A stretch of 64,000 nucleotides of DNA from Ascoidea asiatica JCM 7603 (taxonomy: Eukaryota > Fungi > Ascomycota). Shown one piece after another: positions 1-11,334 of the stretch. The notes beneath the pieces were generated by a model. It saw only the letters and a list, made by a program, of their open reading frames with translations, was not told the DNA's origin and did no database searches. The stretch is from assembly GCA_001600695.1 (NCBI GenBank), contig BCKQ01000004.1, positions 1,059,677 through 1,123,676 of the forward strand. Reading direction: 5' to 3'. Made by a program: the position numbers and the translations under genes. The first letter of the stretch is position 1. Every line of letters starts with the position of its first letter.

Positions 1-1832
1 TAAACCATTATTTATTTGCGCACTGATCAATAAGAAACTTTATGAGAATTGGAATAGAAATGCAGAAATATTATTTTGGGTGCAGGCTAAAGTGGAAGAA
101 AATTGATTAGTACAAACCGCATTTCTCGCTCATTCAACCAGATAGTTATAGAGTTACTCGGTTGTAAACAGGAAATTAATATCTGTTGGGAATCCTGATA
201 ACCTTTTTTCAATTAAATTTCTGGGACAGTTCAGTCATTGTGGTAGTTTTGTAGGTTTAGTGATGTGAATTGAATGGACTTCTGAGAGTGACTGAATTGA
301 CTTGCAGCAGCGTGTAAGTAAAAAATATTCTATGATGGATTTTTCATAACTATTACAAATACCTTGCAAAAATTTAATTATCGAAATTAACGAGTTACCA
401 GAAATTTCTACGATTACTTTCTTTTAATTTCAATAATTCTGAGATTTTCCAATTGATGCTTAGTTGTCTTTGATTGTATGCAGCCACTTTATAAGGTTTA
501 TGCTATTTTTCAATTTATTTTTTATGAGATTTTAATTGAATGAAATTTGAATTATGAAAGTTTGGAGAATTCAATGGATTTCACTAATTTTATGAATTAC
601 GTTCAATTTTTTTTACTCCGATGATAAGTGATTAAAAAATTAGAGCATTTATTGAATGTTATTTTCCTAATAGGTTCAGTGGTTTCACTTAATTTGGTGT
701 TTTCATTTTTTTCAATTTTTATATTGATGTTAGTTCCTTGTTTTAATTTTGGTCTGGTATGATTCAATCTTTTAATAAATTTTTAAAGTTCATTAATTCG
801 GTTCTGATTTATATGAAAATTTTTTTGTTAATTACGTTAATTTTAAGTGAGATGAAACTGCTTTAAATTACTTCAAGATTTAATGTTTTTATTGGGAAAA
901 TTGAATTGAATGATTTTGACTTTGCACAATGGTCTAATTTTTTTTTAACTTTTCTTTCTAATTTTACGTTCAGTTACTAAAAATTCGTATCTATGTTCAA
1001 AAATAATTTTGTTAGAATGAACTCCAGTATGTTTTTTTTTTTTCTTGATACGTAGCTGTAACTTGCTTTTTGGTTTCTCGTTTTGAAGTCAAATATTTTC
1101 AATTTTACATTTATTGGATTTTTATTGGATTTGAAACTTTTTAATGATAGGTCTTTTTAATTTTTTGTTTTATTTACAAAAAGGATAGCCGTAAACGTGG
1201 TCTCTGAAAAGCTTCTGCATTATTAAGGTACAACTAAAAGTGTTAAAGAAGTTTGATAAAATGTTTTATTATTACAGTACTTAAAATATATTATTTATTT
1301 ACAATCAAGCTGATGATAATGATGATTATATTGATTAAAATTATAATGTGATTTTGGTGATTTTATTGGATATAATAAATAGTTAATAAAGATTAAAATG
1401 TAATATATGAGTTTCAATATGGTAATGTAATTTAATTGGATACTTTTTTGGTTCGAAGGTTCAAGTTTTTGCTTCAACTTGACTTAACTAGCTTTAAATA
1501 GAAATATTTTATTTAAAAATTAAATTTAGAATAAATTTAATAAGTTTAATAAATTCAGGGTCTATGCTTTATAAAGTAAGAATATATAAACTCAGAATGT
1601 AGTGTTAATGGTTAATTTCAAGAAAATGAATAAAATTATAATGATTAGTTAATGAACTAATTTTTAAAAAGAAACTTTAATAAATAAATATACTACTGTA
1701 AGATATAGTATTTATATATAAATGTATATTATATATATATTATTTGAATTAAGATTATTATGAAATTAGATTTTAAATATATATTTGGAGAAATACTACA
1801 AAATCATATAATCTGATTATTTGATTAATTGA

Positions 1833-2042
1833 TTACATAATTACACAACCACAACATCCATCATCTTCATGAGGAGGAGCAGGTTGACCAGGAGCTGGAG
1901 CAGGACCAGCATCAGAAGAAGATCTGGAATGAACAGGAGCAGCAACAGGAGCTTGAGCTGGAGGAGGAGGACCTTGTGGAGGTGGAGCAGCATCAGAAGA
2001 AGATCTTGAAGATCTTGAAGAAGCAGAAGAGGAGCCAGACAT
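1833..2042 (-). CDS. Small Pro/Ser-rich CAAX (prenylated, probably palmitoylated) protein, 69 aa, function unknown
   Basis: GC-rich ORF within AT-rich flanks. Strong AAA-ATG-T context with an in-frame TAA five codons upstream. Biased codons (GCT, CCA/CCT, TCT). Ends GCCGCVIM-stop. Confidence 0.85.
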   Translation of the reverse strand: MSGSSSASSRSSRSSSDAAPPPQGPPPPAQAPVAAPVHSRSSSDAGPAPAPGQPAPPHEDDGCCGCVIM

Positions 2043-2143
2043 TTTAATTTTAAATTATTTTAAATATTGTCAAATTTAATTATTATTTATTAATTGATTA
2101 GTTGATTGTGGATTGATTGAAGATTCTTTAGATTCTTTAGATT

Positions 2144-2289
2144 CTGTAATGATTATTAATTATGAAAATAGTTAGTAAATTGTAATTCTATTTATATTAT
2201 TTTAAAATAAGTCTAGATTTCATAGTTTATATAAATAGAGGCTTGGAATTGTAAATAGTATTCAATAATTAAAAAAGTTTTTTACTTAC
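2144..2289 (-). other. Candidate spliceosomal intron in the 5'UTR of the CAAX microprotein gene
   Basis: Minus strand: GTAAGT donor at 2289, perfect TACTAAC branch at 2177-2171, CAG acceptor ending at 2144. Confidence 0.65.
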
Positions 2290-2319
2290 TATTAGTTTTA
2301 TTAAATATTATTTGAACGA

Positions 2320-2677
2320 CTATTATAAAATATTGTAGTTAGATAAAAACGAAAGAATAATATAATTACAAAGCTGAAGAAATAATAAATTTTATTAATT
2401 TGATTTTGAATTAACGAAAGTTGAATTGATAAAGTAAAATACTTATACTAATATTAAAAAGAATAAGAATGAAAGTAAAAGAAGAATAAAAAGAAATAAC
2501 AAAGGAATAAATAGAGTATAAATAATAAAAGGGATCTAAAACTATTGAAAATAAGAAATAAGTATTAAGAAACTAGAAATTAGGAATCTGAGAATGAAGA
2601 ATGAATAATAATAATTTTGGTAAGTTAAATCTTAGATTAAAGAGAAATTCAAATGAGTAAACATACGTTGCACATAC
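2320..2677 (-). other. Second candidate 5'UTR intron with alternative donors
   Basis: Two tandem GTATGT donors (2677, 2666), ATCTAAC branch at 2344-2338, TAG acceptor at 2320. Leaves a 30-nt exon before the next donor. Confidence 0.45.
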
Positions 2678-3152
2678 TTGAAAGAAATGAAAATGAAATG
2701 AAAAATTATTTCTAAGGTTAGAAATAAGTGCGTTTTCACATTCAGTCAATTAGTACGTATTGTACTGATTGAATATTTAATTGTTTCTTCAATATTCTCA
2801 ATATCATCTTTATTTCAATTCAATTAATGATTCAATTCAATTCAACAAAACAATCTATTATTTATTATCCATTATTGAGTGAATAAGAAAGAAAGAAATA
2901 ACAACAAGCCAAGACTCGCCTCATCTTACAAAATTTATACTGAAATATTCAAAATATTCATTCAATTATTTATTTTTGAGATAATTTACACCAAAAAGAT
3001 TATCTCTAATTCTCAAAATGGTGGTAAGATTCAATCATATGCCATTGACAAGAATTTGATTATCCCAAAGTTGAAAACAAAAGCTGAAACTTATGGCATT
3101 ACTAGACCAGTTACTCAAGAAAACCTTCTTCAAGACAACTGACTCAATTGAC

Positions 3153-3199
<47 letters not shown>

Positions 3200-3774
3200 T
3201 TGATTGATTCTTTCAACATTCTTTCTTGTGGTTCTGTTGGAGATTCAAAATCTTGTTTTTCTTTGTCTTCTTTGTTAATCTTTTCCAGACCCCCAAAACC
3301 GGCGACAGTCCACATATTCAAAGCCAATGCCAAGAATCCCAAGCCACAAACACGGGTACCGGTGCACACGCATGCACTGCTTGTCCGACAAACATCACAG
3401 CACATACAAAATTATTCCTGATGTTTGTAGCTGCACAATTTGAAAATCGCGCAGAAATTAAAAAAAAATTGCCACAATTAAATACAGCCACAAATAAAAT
3501 AAAAAAAAACTAGTGGCTGGTTAAAAGTTAAAAAAGGATGACTCAGCAATTACTCATCCGTGTGTTTTATATTCGCAGTTATACTTGACAGATAATCCGT
3601 TTACCCTTTTACAGTGATAAATCCAATAACTTAAACGTTTTATCATTTTATAAATCTCAGAGGAAATAAATAAATGTATAATAATAACAATTAAATTATT
3701 CAATTGATTCATTAATAAATCAATTTAATAATCAATAAAGATAAGTAATATTCTTTATTTAAAACAATTTCCTA

Positions 3775-4459
3775 ATGGCCGGTCAAAAATATGATAAATT
3801 GATAGATGCTGATGATGATTCATCCATTTTTAATAACAATAATAATACCAATAACAATATTAATAACAACAAGAGTAATTTAAATTCTTCTAAATCAAAT
3901 TTATTATCTGATTTTGATTCAATTAATAATAATTCAAATGGTTCTAATACTATAGATGCTGATATATCATCTTCAACAAATATATTTGATAACAAAAATA
4001 ATAATAATAAAAAAAAAGTTGAGCTAGTTGATTCAAATACTGATGATTATTTATTTACAGATCATGCAAGATTTGAATTACCTTCAGGTTCAATAAATAA
4101 TAATCAATCTCAATCACAATCTCAATCACCATTATCTAATTTAAATTCAAATGATAATTCATCAATTTTTCAAATAAATCATTATAGAAAGTATTTTAAT
4201 ATAAATACAAAATTTTTTTTTAAAAAAATTTTAATTTATTTAAATTTTATTCAAAATTATAAAATTAGTTTATCAAAGAATAAAAATCCAAATTATTTAA
4301 ATAATTTTAATAATAATAATAATATTAATATGGAAATTGAAGATGATTTAGGTGAATTATATGGTCCAATTTGGATTGCAGGTACAATTTCATTTATTTT
4401 ATTTTTTAGTTCAAGTGGTAGTCATTTACTTTTTAATTTTATTAAAAATGGTATAAATT

Positions 4460-4490
<31 letters not shown>

Positions 4491-4995
4491 AGGTTCCTCA
4501 AATGATGATAATGATAATAAAGAATATAATGATACATTTATAAATTTATCAAATTCATTAACATTAATTTATTCATATACAATTATAATACCATTAATAA
4601 TATATTTTTTCTCAAAATATTATTTAAAATTTAAAAAATTTTTAAGACCAATAAAAATTATTGAAATTTTTGGATATTCAAATTTTGTTTGGATACCATC
4701 ATCAATATTAAATTTTTTAAAAATTTTTTTAATAAATTTAAAATTTAATTTTTTAGAAAATATTTTAATTTGGATTTTTATAATTATTGGATATTTATTA
4801 TCATTTATAAATTTATATTTTATTTTTTTACCAATTTTAAAAAAAAATATTGATTTAAATAATAATAATTCTATTGAAGGTATAAGTGATTATAAAATTG
4901 GATATTTTATACTTGGATTTATTGGAATTGTACAATTAATTTTTGCAATTTTAATTAAATTTACATTTTTTGATACTTTTTCAATTGAAAGTTAG
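3775..4995 (+). CDS. YIP5: Yip1-domain Golgi membrane protein, Yip5-like
   Basis: ELYGPIWIAGT motif, YRKYFNINT segment and about five hydrophobic helices typical of the Yip1 family. Confidence 0.8.
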
Positions 4996-5157
4996 TTAGT
5001 TAAATATGATAATAAATGATCAAGTAAATAAATGAATAAGTAAATGAATAAGTAAATAAATTAAAGTTTAATAATATAGAATATAGAATGAATAAGTGAT
5101 TGAGTGATTGAGTAATTGAGAAAGAGTGAAAGTAAGAGTGTAAGAGTAAGAGTGTAA

Positions 5158-6957
5158 TTATTGATCTTTTGTATTTAAATCTCTACCAAATAAACCAACT
5201 TTAAACCAATCTAAACAAACATAAACTTTATTTTTCATACTTAAACACATTGAAACATAAGCAGTTCTCCAAAATACAAAAGTCATAATACCACCAGTTG
5301 AAATTTTTTGCCAATCATTCCAATTTAAATCTGCAATTGCTTTATCAGAACCAATATAAGCTAAAGAACCAAGATGAATATAATTAAAAGGTTTAATATT
5401 ATTATGTAAAAATTTTAAATTATTTTCTAAATTTTTAATTTTTTTGTCATTATTATTATTATTATTATTTTCAGTAAGGTTTAACTTTTCATGAATTAAA
5501 TTTTTTTTAATAATTTCAATTTTTGCTAATTTTTTTAAATAATCAGCTAAATAAATACCTTGTTGATAAGCAACTTGAGCAGTTGGAGGATTTTTTGTAA
5601 AAGTACAATCACCTAAAGCAAAAATATTATCACTACCATTAATTTTTAAATATTGATCAATTAATAAACCTCTTTTTGAAGTTTGAATTGGAATTTTATT
5701 AATTAAATTTAATATTAAATCTCTTTGACCATTACCTGTTGCCCAAATTAAAATACCATATGGTAATTTTGATTTTTTAAAAGTAATATCATTATTATTA
5801 TTATTATTAATATTTTTAACTTTTGTATAAATAAAATTTTTATCAACTAATTGTACCATTGAATTTAAATTTAAATTAATTTTAGAATTATTTTCATTTA
5901 AAATATTTTCAGCATAATTTATTAATTTTTTATCAAAAGAATTTAAAATATTTGGTAAAGCTTCAATTAAAGTTATATTAATTTCATTAAAAATATTAGG
6001 CATCCATTTTTTTATATCATTATTAATATAATCTTGTAATTCACCAACTAATTCAACACCAGTTGGACCACCACCAACAACAACAAAAGATAATAATTTT
6101 TTTCTTTCAGGATCATTAATTGGTAATAAAGTTGCAGTTTCTATACAATTTAATAAATTTTTTCTAATTTTTGAAGTATCACTACCTTCTTTTAAAAAAC
6201 ATGCATTTTCATTAACACCAGGTATACCAAAAGTATTAATTTTTGCACCAACACCAATAACTAAATAATCATAATTTAAAGTATTATTAATATTAGAGTG
6301 ATTAGATTGATTATCAATAGGTTTAAATTTAATATTATTATTAATTGGATCAATATCTATAACTTCAGCTTCTAAATAATTTACAATACCTTTTGTTCTT
6401 TTAATCATTGATCTTATAGGTTCAATTATAGATTTTAATTCTAAAGTTCCTGTTGGTACAGAAGGTAATAATGGAGTAAATAAAAAATAATCTCTTGGAC
6501 TTATAATTGTAACATTATATAAAGAAGTATCTAAATTTTTTAATAATGAAATTGAACTCCAACCAGAACCTAAAATTAATAAATTTTTTTTTTCAATTGA
6601 ATGATTTATTTGTTTTTTTATTGGATTATTTTCAATATATATTGAATATGTAATATATGATAAAGTTAATAAAGATGAAAACCATGTTAAATTCCAAGTA
6701 ATTTTAATAAATTTTTTAAAAATTGATTTATTATTTGATTTATTATTTGATTTATTATTTGTATTGGCGTCAGAGTTTGAATTTGAATTTGAATTTGTAT
6801 TTGAATTTGTATTGGCGCTTGAATTTGAGAAATATTTTTTATTATAATTATTTAATAAATAATTTGAATTAATTTTATAAATTGAATTATAATTTATATT
6901 TTTATTTATTTGATTTTTAATTAATGAATTAAATAATAATTTATTTGAATTAAACAT
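5158..6957 (-). CDS. NDE1: Mitochondrial type II (external) NADH dehydrogenase
   Basis: ILGSGW, YFLFTPLLPS, VVVGGGPTGVE, ALGDC, PPTAQVAYQQG and FWRTAY motifs. N-terminal presequence plus a transmembrane anchor. Confidence 0.93.
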   Translation of the reverse strand: MFNSNKLLFNSLIKNQINKNINYNSIYKINSNYLLNNYNKKYFSNSSANTNSNTNSNSNSNSDANTNNKSNNKSNNKSIFKKFIKITWNLTWFSSLLTLSYITYSIYIENNPIKKQINHSIEKKNLLILGSGWSSISLLKNLDTSLYNVTIISPRDYFLFTPLLPSVPTGTLELKSIIEPIRSMIKRTKGIVNYLEAEVIDIDPINNNIKFKPIDNQSNHSNINNTLNYDYLVIGVGAKINTFGIPGVNENACFLKEGSDTSKIRKNLLNCIETATLLPINDPERKKLLSFVVVGGGPTGVELVGELQDYINNDIKKWMPNIFNEINITLIEALPNILNSFDKKLINYAENILNENNSKINLNLNSMVQLVDKNFIYTKVKNINNNNNNDITFKKSKLPYGILIWATGNGQRDLILNLINKIPIQTSKRGLLIDQYLKINGSDNIFALGDCTFTKNPPTAQVAYQQGIYLADYLKKLAKIEIIKKNLIHEKLNLTENNNNNNNDKKIKNLENNLKFLHNNIKPFNYIHLGSLAYIGSDKAIADLNWNDWQKISTGGIMTFVFWRTAYVSMCLSMKNKVYVCLDWFKVGLFGRDLNTKDQ

Positions 6958-7229
6958 TTTGATATTATATTATGTTAGTATTTATTGATATAATATGATA
7001 TAAATATTAGAGAAAGAAAGAAAGAATGAAAACTTCATTAGCGAGTATCTTTCTTATATATATATATATATATATATTTATTTATTAACTGAATAATTTC
7101 ATTTCATAATTTCTTATCGATAATCAGTCATTTTCATAGTAGTTAAGAGTAGTTAAGAGTGAAGATGATAGATTAATAAAAATAATAAAATAATAAAATA
7201 ATAAAATAATAAAATAATAATAAAACAGT

Positions 7230-7680
7230 GACAGCGGCAAAAGAGAAGAAGAAGAGGGAGAGTAGTGAGAGTAGTGGTAGTCGCTTGGCTTTGGGGTTTT
7301 TCCGTGGCGGTGCAGAGAAAGAGTAAAGAAGAGTAAAAAAGGGTAAAGGAGGGAAGCCACGTGACTGTGCCATCAGTTGATTACACCTTGTGACGGGTGC
7401 AAGGTGACGAGTGTCAGCTGAAGAACTTTGGTCGAGACCCGCACGCGGAAACATGGAACAAGACCGAAAAGGAATAAGAAATGAGAAACACCGCGCGGAA
7501 AAGAGCACGTGAGAATGTGAGCACGTGAGAATGTGAGAATGTGAGAATGTGAGAATGTGAGAATGTGAGAGTTCTATTTAGGATGGTTTGCTTGTTTATC
7601 ACGGACAAAAAGGGCAGGACAGGACAGGAGCTCAAACTAGGACAAGATAAGGGAATTAGATCCAGTGCCATGGAGCTTAC
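7230..7680. promoter_or_regulatory. GC-rich NDE1 promoter island with E-box/Cbf1-type sites and a (GAGAATGT)n repeat
   Basis: CACGTGAC at 7358, CACGTGA at 7506 and 7522. Octamer tandem repeat about 7511-7570. Short inverted repeat CACCTTG/CAAGGTG at 7384-7406. Confidence 0.5.
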
Positions 7681-7906
7681 TGTTATTCTTTAGTCTTTAT
7701 TCTTTAGTCTTTAGTCTTTAGTCTTTAGTCTTTACACTTTACACTCATTTCTGGTGCTCGCCTACAGCATCAGTACTAAAAGTAGTCAAAGGGTTAACAT
7801 TACAGTAAAATAATACGATATTATGATATTATATTATATTATATAAAGAGTATATAAAGAGTATATAAAGAGTATGAAGAGTATAATAATAATACAATAA
7901 TGACAA

Positions 7907-8215
7907 TCATTTACATCCATTATGTTCTAAGATCTGATCAATAATATCATCACCACAATCATCGCAATCATTATCATATTCATATTCATTATCATTATCA
8001 TATTCATATTCATATTCTCCATCACCATCATCACCATCATCACCATCATTTTCATAACCACCTTCATCTTCATCTTCATTACCATTACCATTACCATTAC
8101 CATCTTCATCTACTTTCTTTATTTCTTCACCTTCTCCATGTTTATTATTTCCATTTGTTTCTTTCAATGTTTTTAAATTATCATAATATTCTTTACCTTT
8201 ATTATCATTTAACAT
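7907..8215 (-). CDS. Small acidic low-complexity hypothetical protein (102 aa)
   Basis: AAAATG start context, TATA-rich upstream sequence, coding-like codon pattern, Asp/Glu/Gly/Tyr-rich middle. Confidence 0.55.
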   Translation of the reverse strand: MLNDNKGKEYYDNLKTLKETNGNNKHGEGEEIKKVDEDGNGNGNGNEDEDEGGYENDGDDGDDGDGEYEYEYDNDNEYEYDNDCDDCGDDIIDQILEHNGCK

Positions 8216-8567
8216 TTTATATAATTTATAAAAATTATAAAAATTATAATTGATTATAATTGATTATATATATATTTAATTGATTAAATTTGTATTTGTA
8301 TTTGTATTTGTATTTGTATTTGTATTTATATTTGTATTTGTATTTGTATTTGTTTATATTTAATAACTATTCTCTTTCTCCCTCTTTATATATTTATATA
8401 TTTATATATTTATATATTTATATATTTATATATTAAATCATACAACATATAATATATATATGCAATTACAATACTCTTCTAGAGTCAATTATAATTATAA
8501 TTATAATTACAATTACAATAATAATTATAATTACAATTACAATAATAATATATAATAAAAAAAGAAT

Positions 8568-8716
8568 TCTCCCGGGGGTGAGTCGAACACCCGATCTCAA
8601 GATTACTCTAATAATTTACCATTTAATATAAATATAAATTACTTTTACTTTTACTTTGTTTTTCACAAAGTGAAACTTTTACAGTCTCGCGCCTTAGCCA
8701 GCTTGGCCACCGGGAG
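8568..8716 (-). tRNA. tRNA-Tyr(GTA) with a 75-nt intron (8604-8678)
   Basis: Minus strand CTCCCGGTGGCCAAGCTGGCTAAGGCGCGAGACTGTAA-[intron]-ATCTTGAGATCGGGTGTTCGACTCACCCCCGGGAGA, close to yeast tRNA-Tyr. Anticodon at 8682-8680. A and B boxes and a downstream oligo-T Pol III terminator are present. Confidence 0.97.
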
Positions 8717-9015
8717 TTAATCTTACACTACAGTTTAACACTATTACTATTACTATTACTAATACGCAAATTGTATTATATATACTGTATATGTAAATGC
8801 GATTAAATATTTATTTCATTAGTAAATAATATAATATATAATTATAAGTTAGTCATTAAGAAAATGATAAAAATGATAAAAATGATAAACTCATTAAAGA
8901 GAAATATGAAGCAAAAAAAGATATGCAAAAGAAAAGCAAAAGGAAAGCAAAAAAATAAGTAAGAAGAAATGAAATATTATGTATAGCACAAGAACAAGTA
9001 AAAGTAAAAAATTTA

Positions 9016-10164
9016 TTAAACATCACCTAATTTATTTATAATTAAATATAAATCTCCAGTAATTAATTCCATATTTTTAATATTTTTAATATTATTAAAT
9101 TTATTAAATTTAATTATATTATTTTCAATTTCTTTAATAATCTCAATTGCTATTTCTTTTAATTTTAATAAAGTTAATTTACAATAATTAAAAGAATTTG
9201 AAATATTTTTTAAATAAAATAAAATATAATTTTTTAAATTATTATCTTTTGTATTTTTTTTTAAAATATTTAAAATTTCATTATTATTTAAATCAAATAA
9301 AATTCCATGTAATATTAAAAATGAAAATTTACCTTCAGTAATATCTTCACAAAATCCTTTATTTTCTTTATAATTATTATCTTGTAAATTAAGATAATCA
9401 TCTTTAATTTGATAAATAATTCCCATTAAATTAATTAATTTAATAATTAAATCATTTAAACAATTATTATTTTCTTTATTATAATTATTAATTAAAGGAT
9501 TATTTGAATTATTAATCATTAATCTAATTGATAATCTAAATAATCCACCAGTTTTATTCATCACCATATCACAATAATCTTTTTCATTTGGACATTTTAA
9601 TGAATCTCTCCAATATAATTCAATACCTTGACCTCTATGTAAATTAATCATTTCTTGATTAAAAATTTTAAAATTTTCTTTAATTTGATTATTATTTTTT
9701 GAATTTAATTTATTTATTAATTCAAATGCTTTAAAATACATATAATTACCTGAATTTATTGTAAATGGTATACCATAAATTTTATGAGCAGCTGGTGAAC
9801 CTCTTCTTAATTCTGCATTATCTTCAACATCATCAATTAATAAACTTGAACAATGTAAAATATCAATAATTTCTTCAATTATTTTTATATCATTTTTAGA
9901 TACATTTAAAATTTTATTAAATGATTCAACCATAAATTTTCTAAATTCTTTACCAGGATGTGAAAATAAATAATTAAATGGTCCTTTTAAAATTTTTTCA
10001 TTGGATTCTGTCCATTCTGATTTCAGTAAATTTAAATTATTTAAATTCATACTTAATCCAATATTTCTTTCATTACTTAATTCATTATTTAATTCATTAT
10101 TTGATTCATTTTGATCTTTATTAAAGTCATTGGATTCAATATCTAAATGTTTACTTGGTTCCAT
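9016..10164 (-). CDS. BTS1: Geranylgeranyl diphosphate synthase
   Basis: PGKEFR, LLIDDVEDNAELRRG (FARM), LHRGQG, KTGGLFRL, YQIKDDYLNL (SARM), EDITEGKFSF. First ATG is at 10164; the track start is a TTG. Confidence 0.95.
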   Translation of the reverse strand: MEPSKHLDIESNDFNKDQNESNNELNNELSNERNIGLSMNLNNLNLLKSEWTESNEKILKGPFNYLFSHPGKEFRKFMVESFNKILNVSKNDIKIIEEIIDILHCSSLLIDDVEDNAELRRGSPAAHKIYGIPFTINSGNYMYFKAFELINKLNSKNNNQIKENFKIFNQEMINLHRGQGIELYWRDSLKCPNEKDYCDMVMNKTGGLFRLSIRLMINNSNNPLINNYNKENNNCLNDLIIKLINLMGIIYQIKDDYLNLQDNNYKENKGFCEDITEGKFSFLILHGILFDLNNNEILNILKKNTKDNNLKNYILFYLKNISNSFNYCKLTLLKLKEIAIEIIKEIENNIIKFNKFNNIKNIKNMELITGDLYLIINKLGDV

Positions 10165-10695
10165 GATTATCAATTGATTGATTGATTGAATGGTTGTAGC
10201 GCTGATTGAAATATAATAAAAATGAAGTCAGATTTCAGATTCAAATTATAACCGTGAAAGAAATAACAACGAGATTAATCTAAATAACAATCGAATATGT
10301 TTTATATCTTTCTTGATAAGTTCTTGATAAGTTCTTGATAAGTTCTTGAAGAATTCCTGATGTATTTATATGATTGTTTATATATCTATTTGATATATTC
10401 ATCTGATAAACAAAGAAGATAACAAAGAAGATAACAAATAACAAAGAAGATAACAAAGAACAAAGAATCAATTTTGAAAAAGAGGCAAATTCAGAAAACA
10501 AAGGAACCTCGACGCCAGAACTGCGGTTCTCCTCTCCGGTCTCGCTGGCAAAAGAATAAAGAATAAATATAAGAATAAATATAAGAATAGATGAAGGATA
10601 TAAACAAATAAAGGATATAAACAAATAAAGGATACAAAGGATAGATATTGAATAGAATATATATAACAATCAATAACAAATACAATAACTACATA

Positions 10696-11334
10696 ATGGA
10701 TAGAATACCCTTTGAATTGATAACTGAGGTGCCTCCAGTAACAAGATTTTGGACTCTTGGAATAATACTAACATCAATATTAGAAAATTATGGAATGATA
10801 AAGGATATAGATTTATTTTTTTCTCATGATTCTGTATTTAAAAATCATCAATATTGGAGAATTTTAACAACTTTTTTTTATTTTGGTCCATTAAATTTCG
10901 ATTTATTCTTTCTTTTATTTTTCATGATACGTTATTCAAGATCTTTAGAAGAAAATATTTCAAATTCAAAAAATTATATTTGGTTATTATTTATAAATTC
11001 AATTTTTTTAATAATTTATTCAAATTTTATTTATCCATTACCAATGCTTGGTCCAAAATTACAAGAAGCTATAGTTTATATTTGGTCAAGACAAAATTCA
11101 AATATTAAAATTTCTGTATTAGGTGTTTTACAATTTAGTGCAGCTTATTTACCATTTTTTTATGCAGGTTTAAATCATTTATTTTTAAATATTCCAATTA
11201 AAGGTGCTTTAGTTGATATTATTATTGGTCATATTTTTTTTTATTTTAATGATGTATTTCCAAAAATTCATAATTTTTTTCCATTATCTCCTCCATGGGA
11301 ATATAATTTTATAAGAAATCATATTAATATATAA
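10696..11334 (+). CDS. DER1: Derlin, ERAD rhomboid pseudoprotease
   Basis: PPVTRFW, QYWRILTTFFYFG, RYSRSLE, YIWSRQN, AAYLPF and GHIFFY motifs. ATG at 10696. Confidence 0.92.
   Translation: MDRIPFELITEVPPVTRFWTLGIILTSILENYGMIKDIDLFFSHDSVFKNHQYWRILTTFFYFGPLNFDLFFLLFFMIRYSRSLEENISNSKNYIWLLFINSIFLIIYSNFIYPLPMLGPKLQEAIVYIWSRQNSNIKISVLGVLQFSAAYLPFFYAGLNHLFLNIPIKGALVDIIIGHIFFYFNDVFPKIHNFFPLSPPWEYNFIRNHINI

Noticed and set aside
1-1300. ORF-free start of the window with TGTTGGGAAT (LTR-like start at 184)
   Set aside because: No matching terminus, target-site duplication or second copy visible.
3140-3545. TGACTCA (Gcn4/AP-1) sites at 3140 and 3539
   Set aside because: Plausible, but isolated 7-mers cannot be assigned a target or function from sequence alone.
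3570-3582. ATTCGCAGTT resembling U14 snoRNA domain A
   Set aside because: Only a 10-nt match, with no flanking C/D boxes or domain B.
7506-7570. Tandem repeats as a CRISPR-like or telomeric array
   Set aside because: Eukaryotic simple repeats with no unique spacers, in an internal promoter location.
7124-7671. Short ORFs in GC-rich islands (also 14372-14726, 20444-21114, 30270-30718, 41500-41989, 59341-59625)
   Set aside because: GC-rich promoter DNA has few stop codons. Many start at GTG/TTG, and none shows host codon bias or a recognisable motif.
7741-7915. Splice from GGAT/GTAAAT to extend the acidic ORF into a twin-CX9C protein
   Set aside because: Weak donor, and the best acceptor gives only C-E-H-Q-K-stop.
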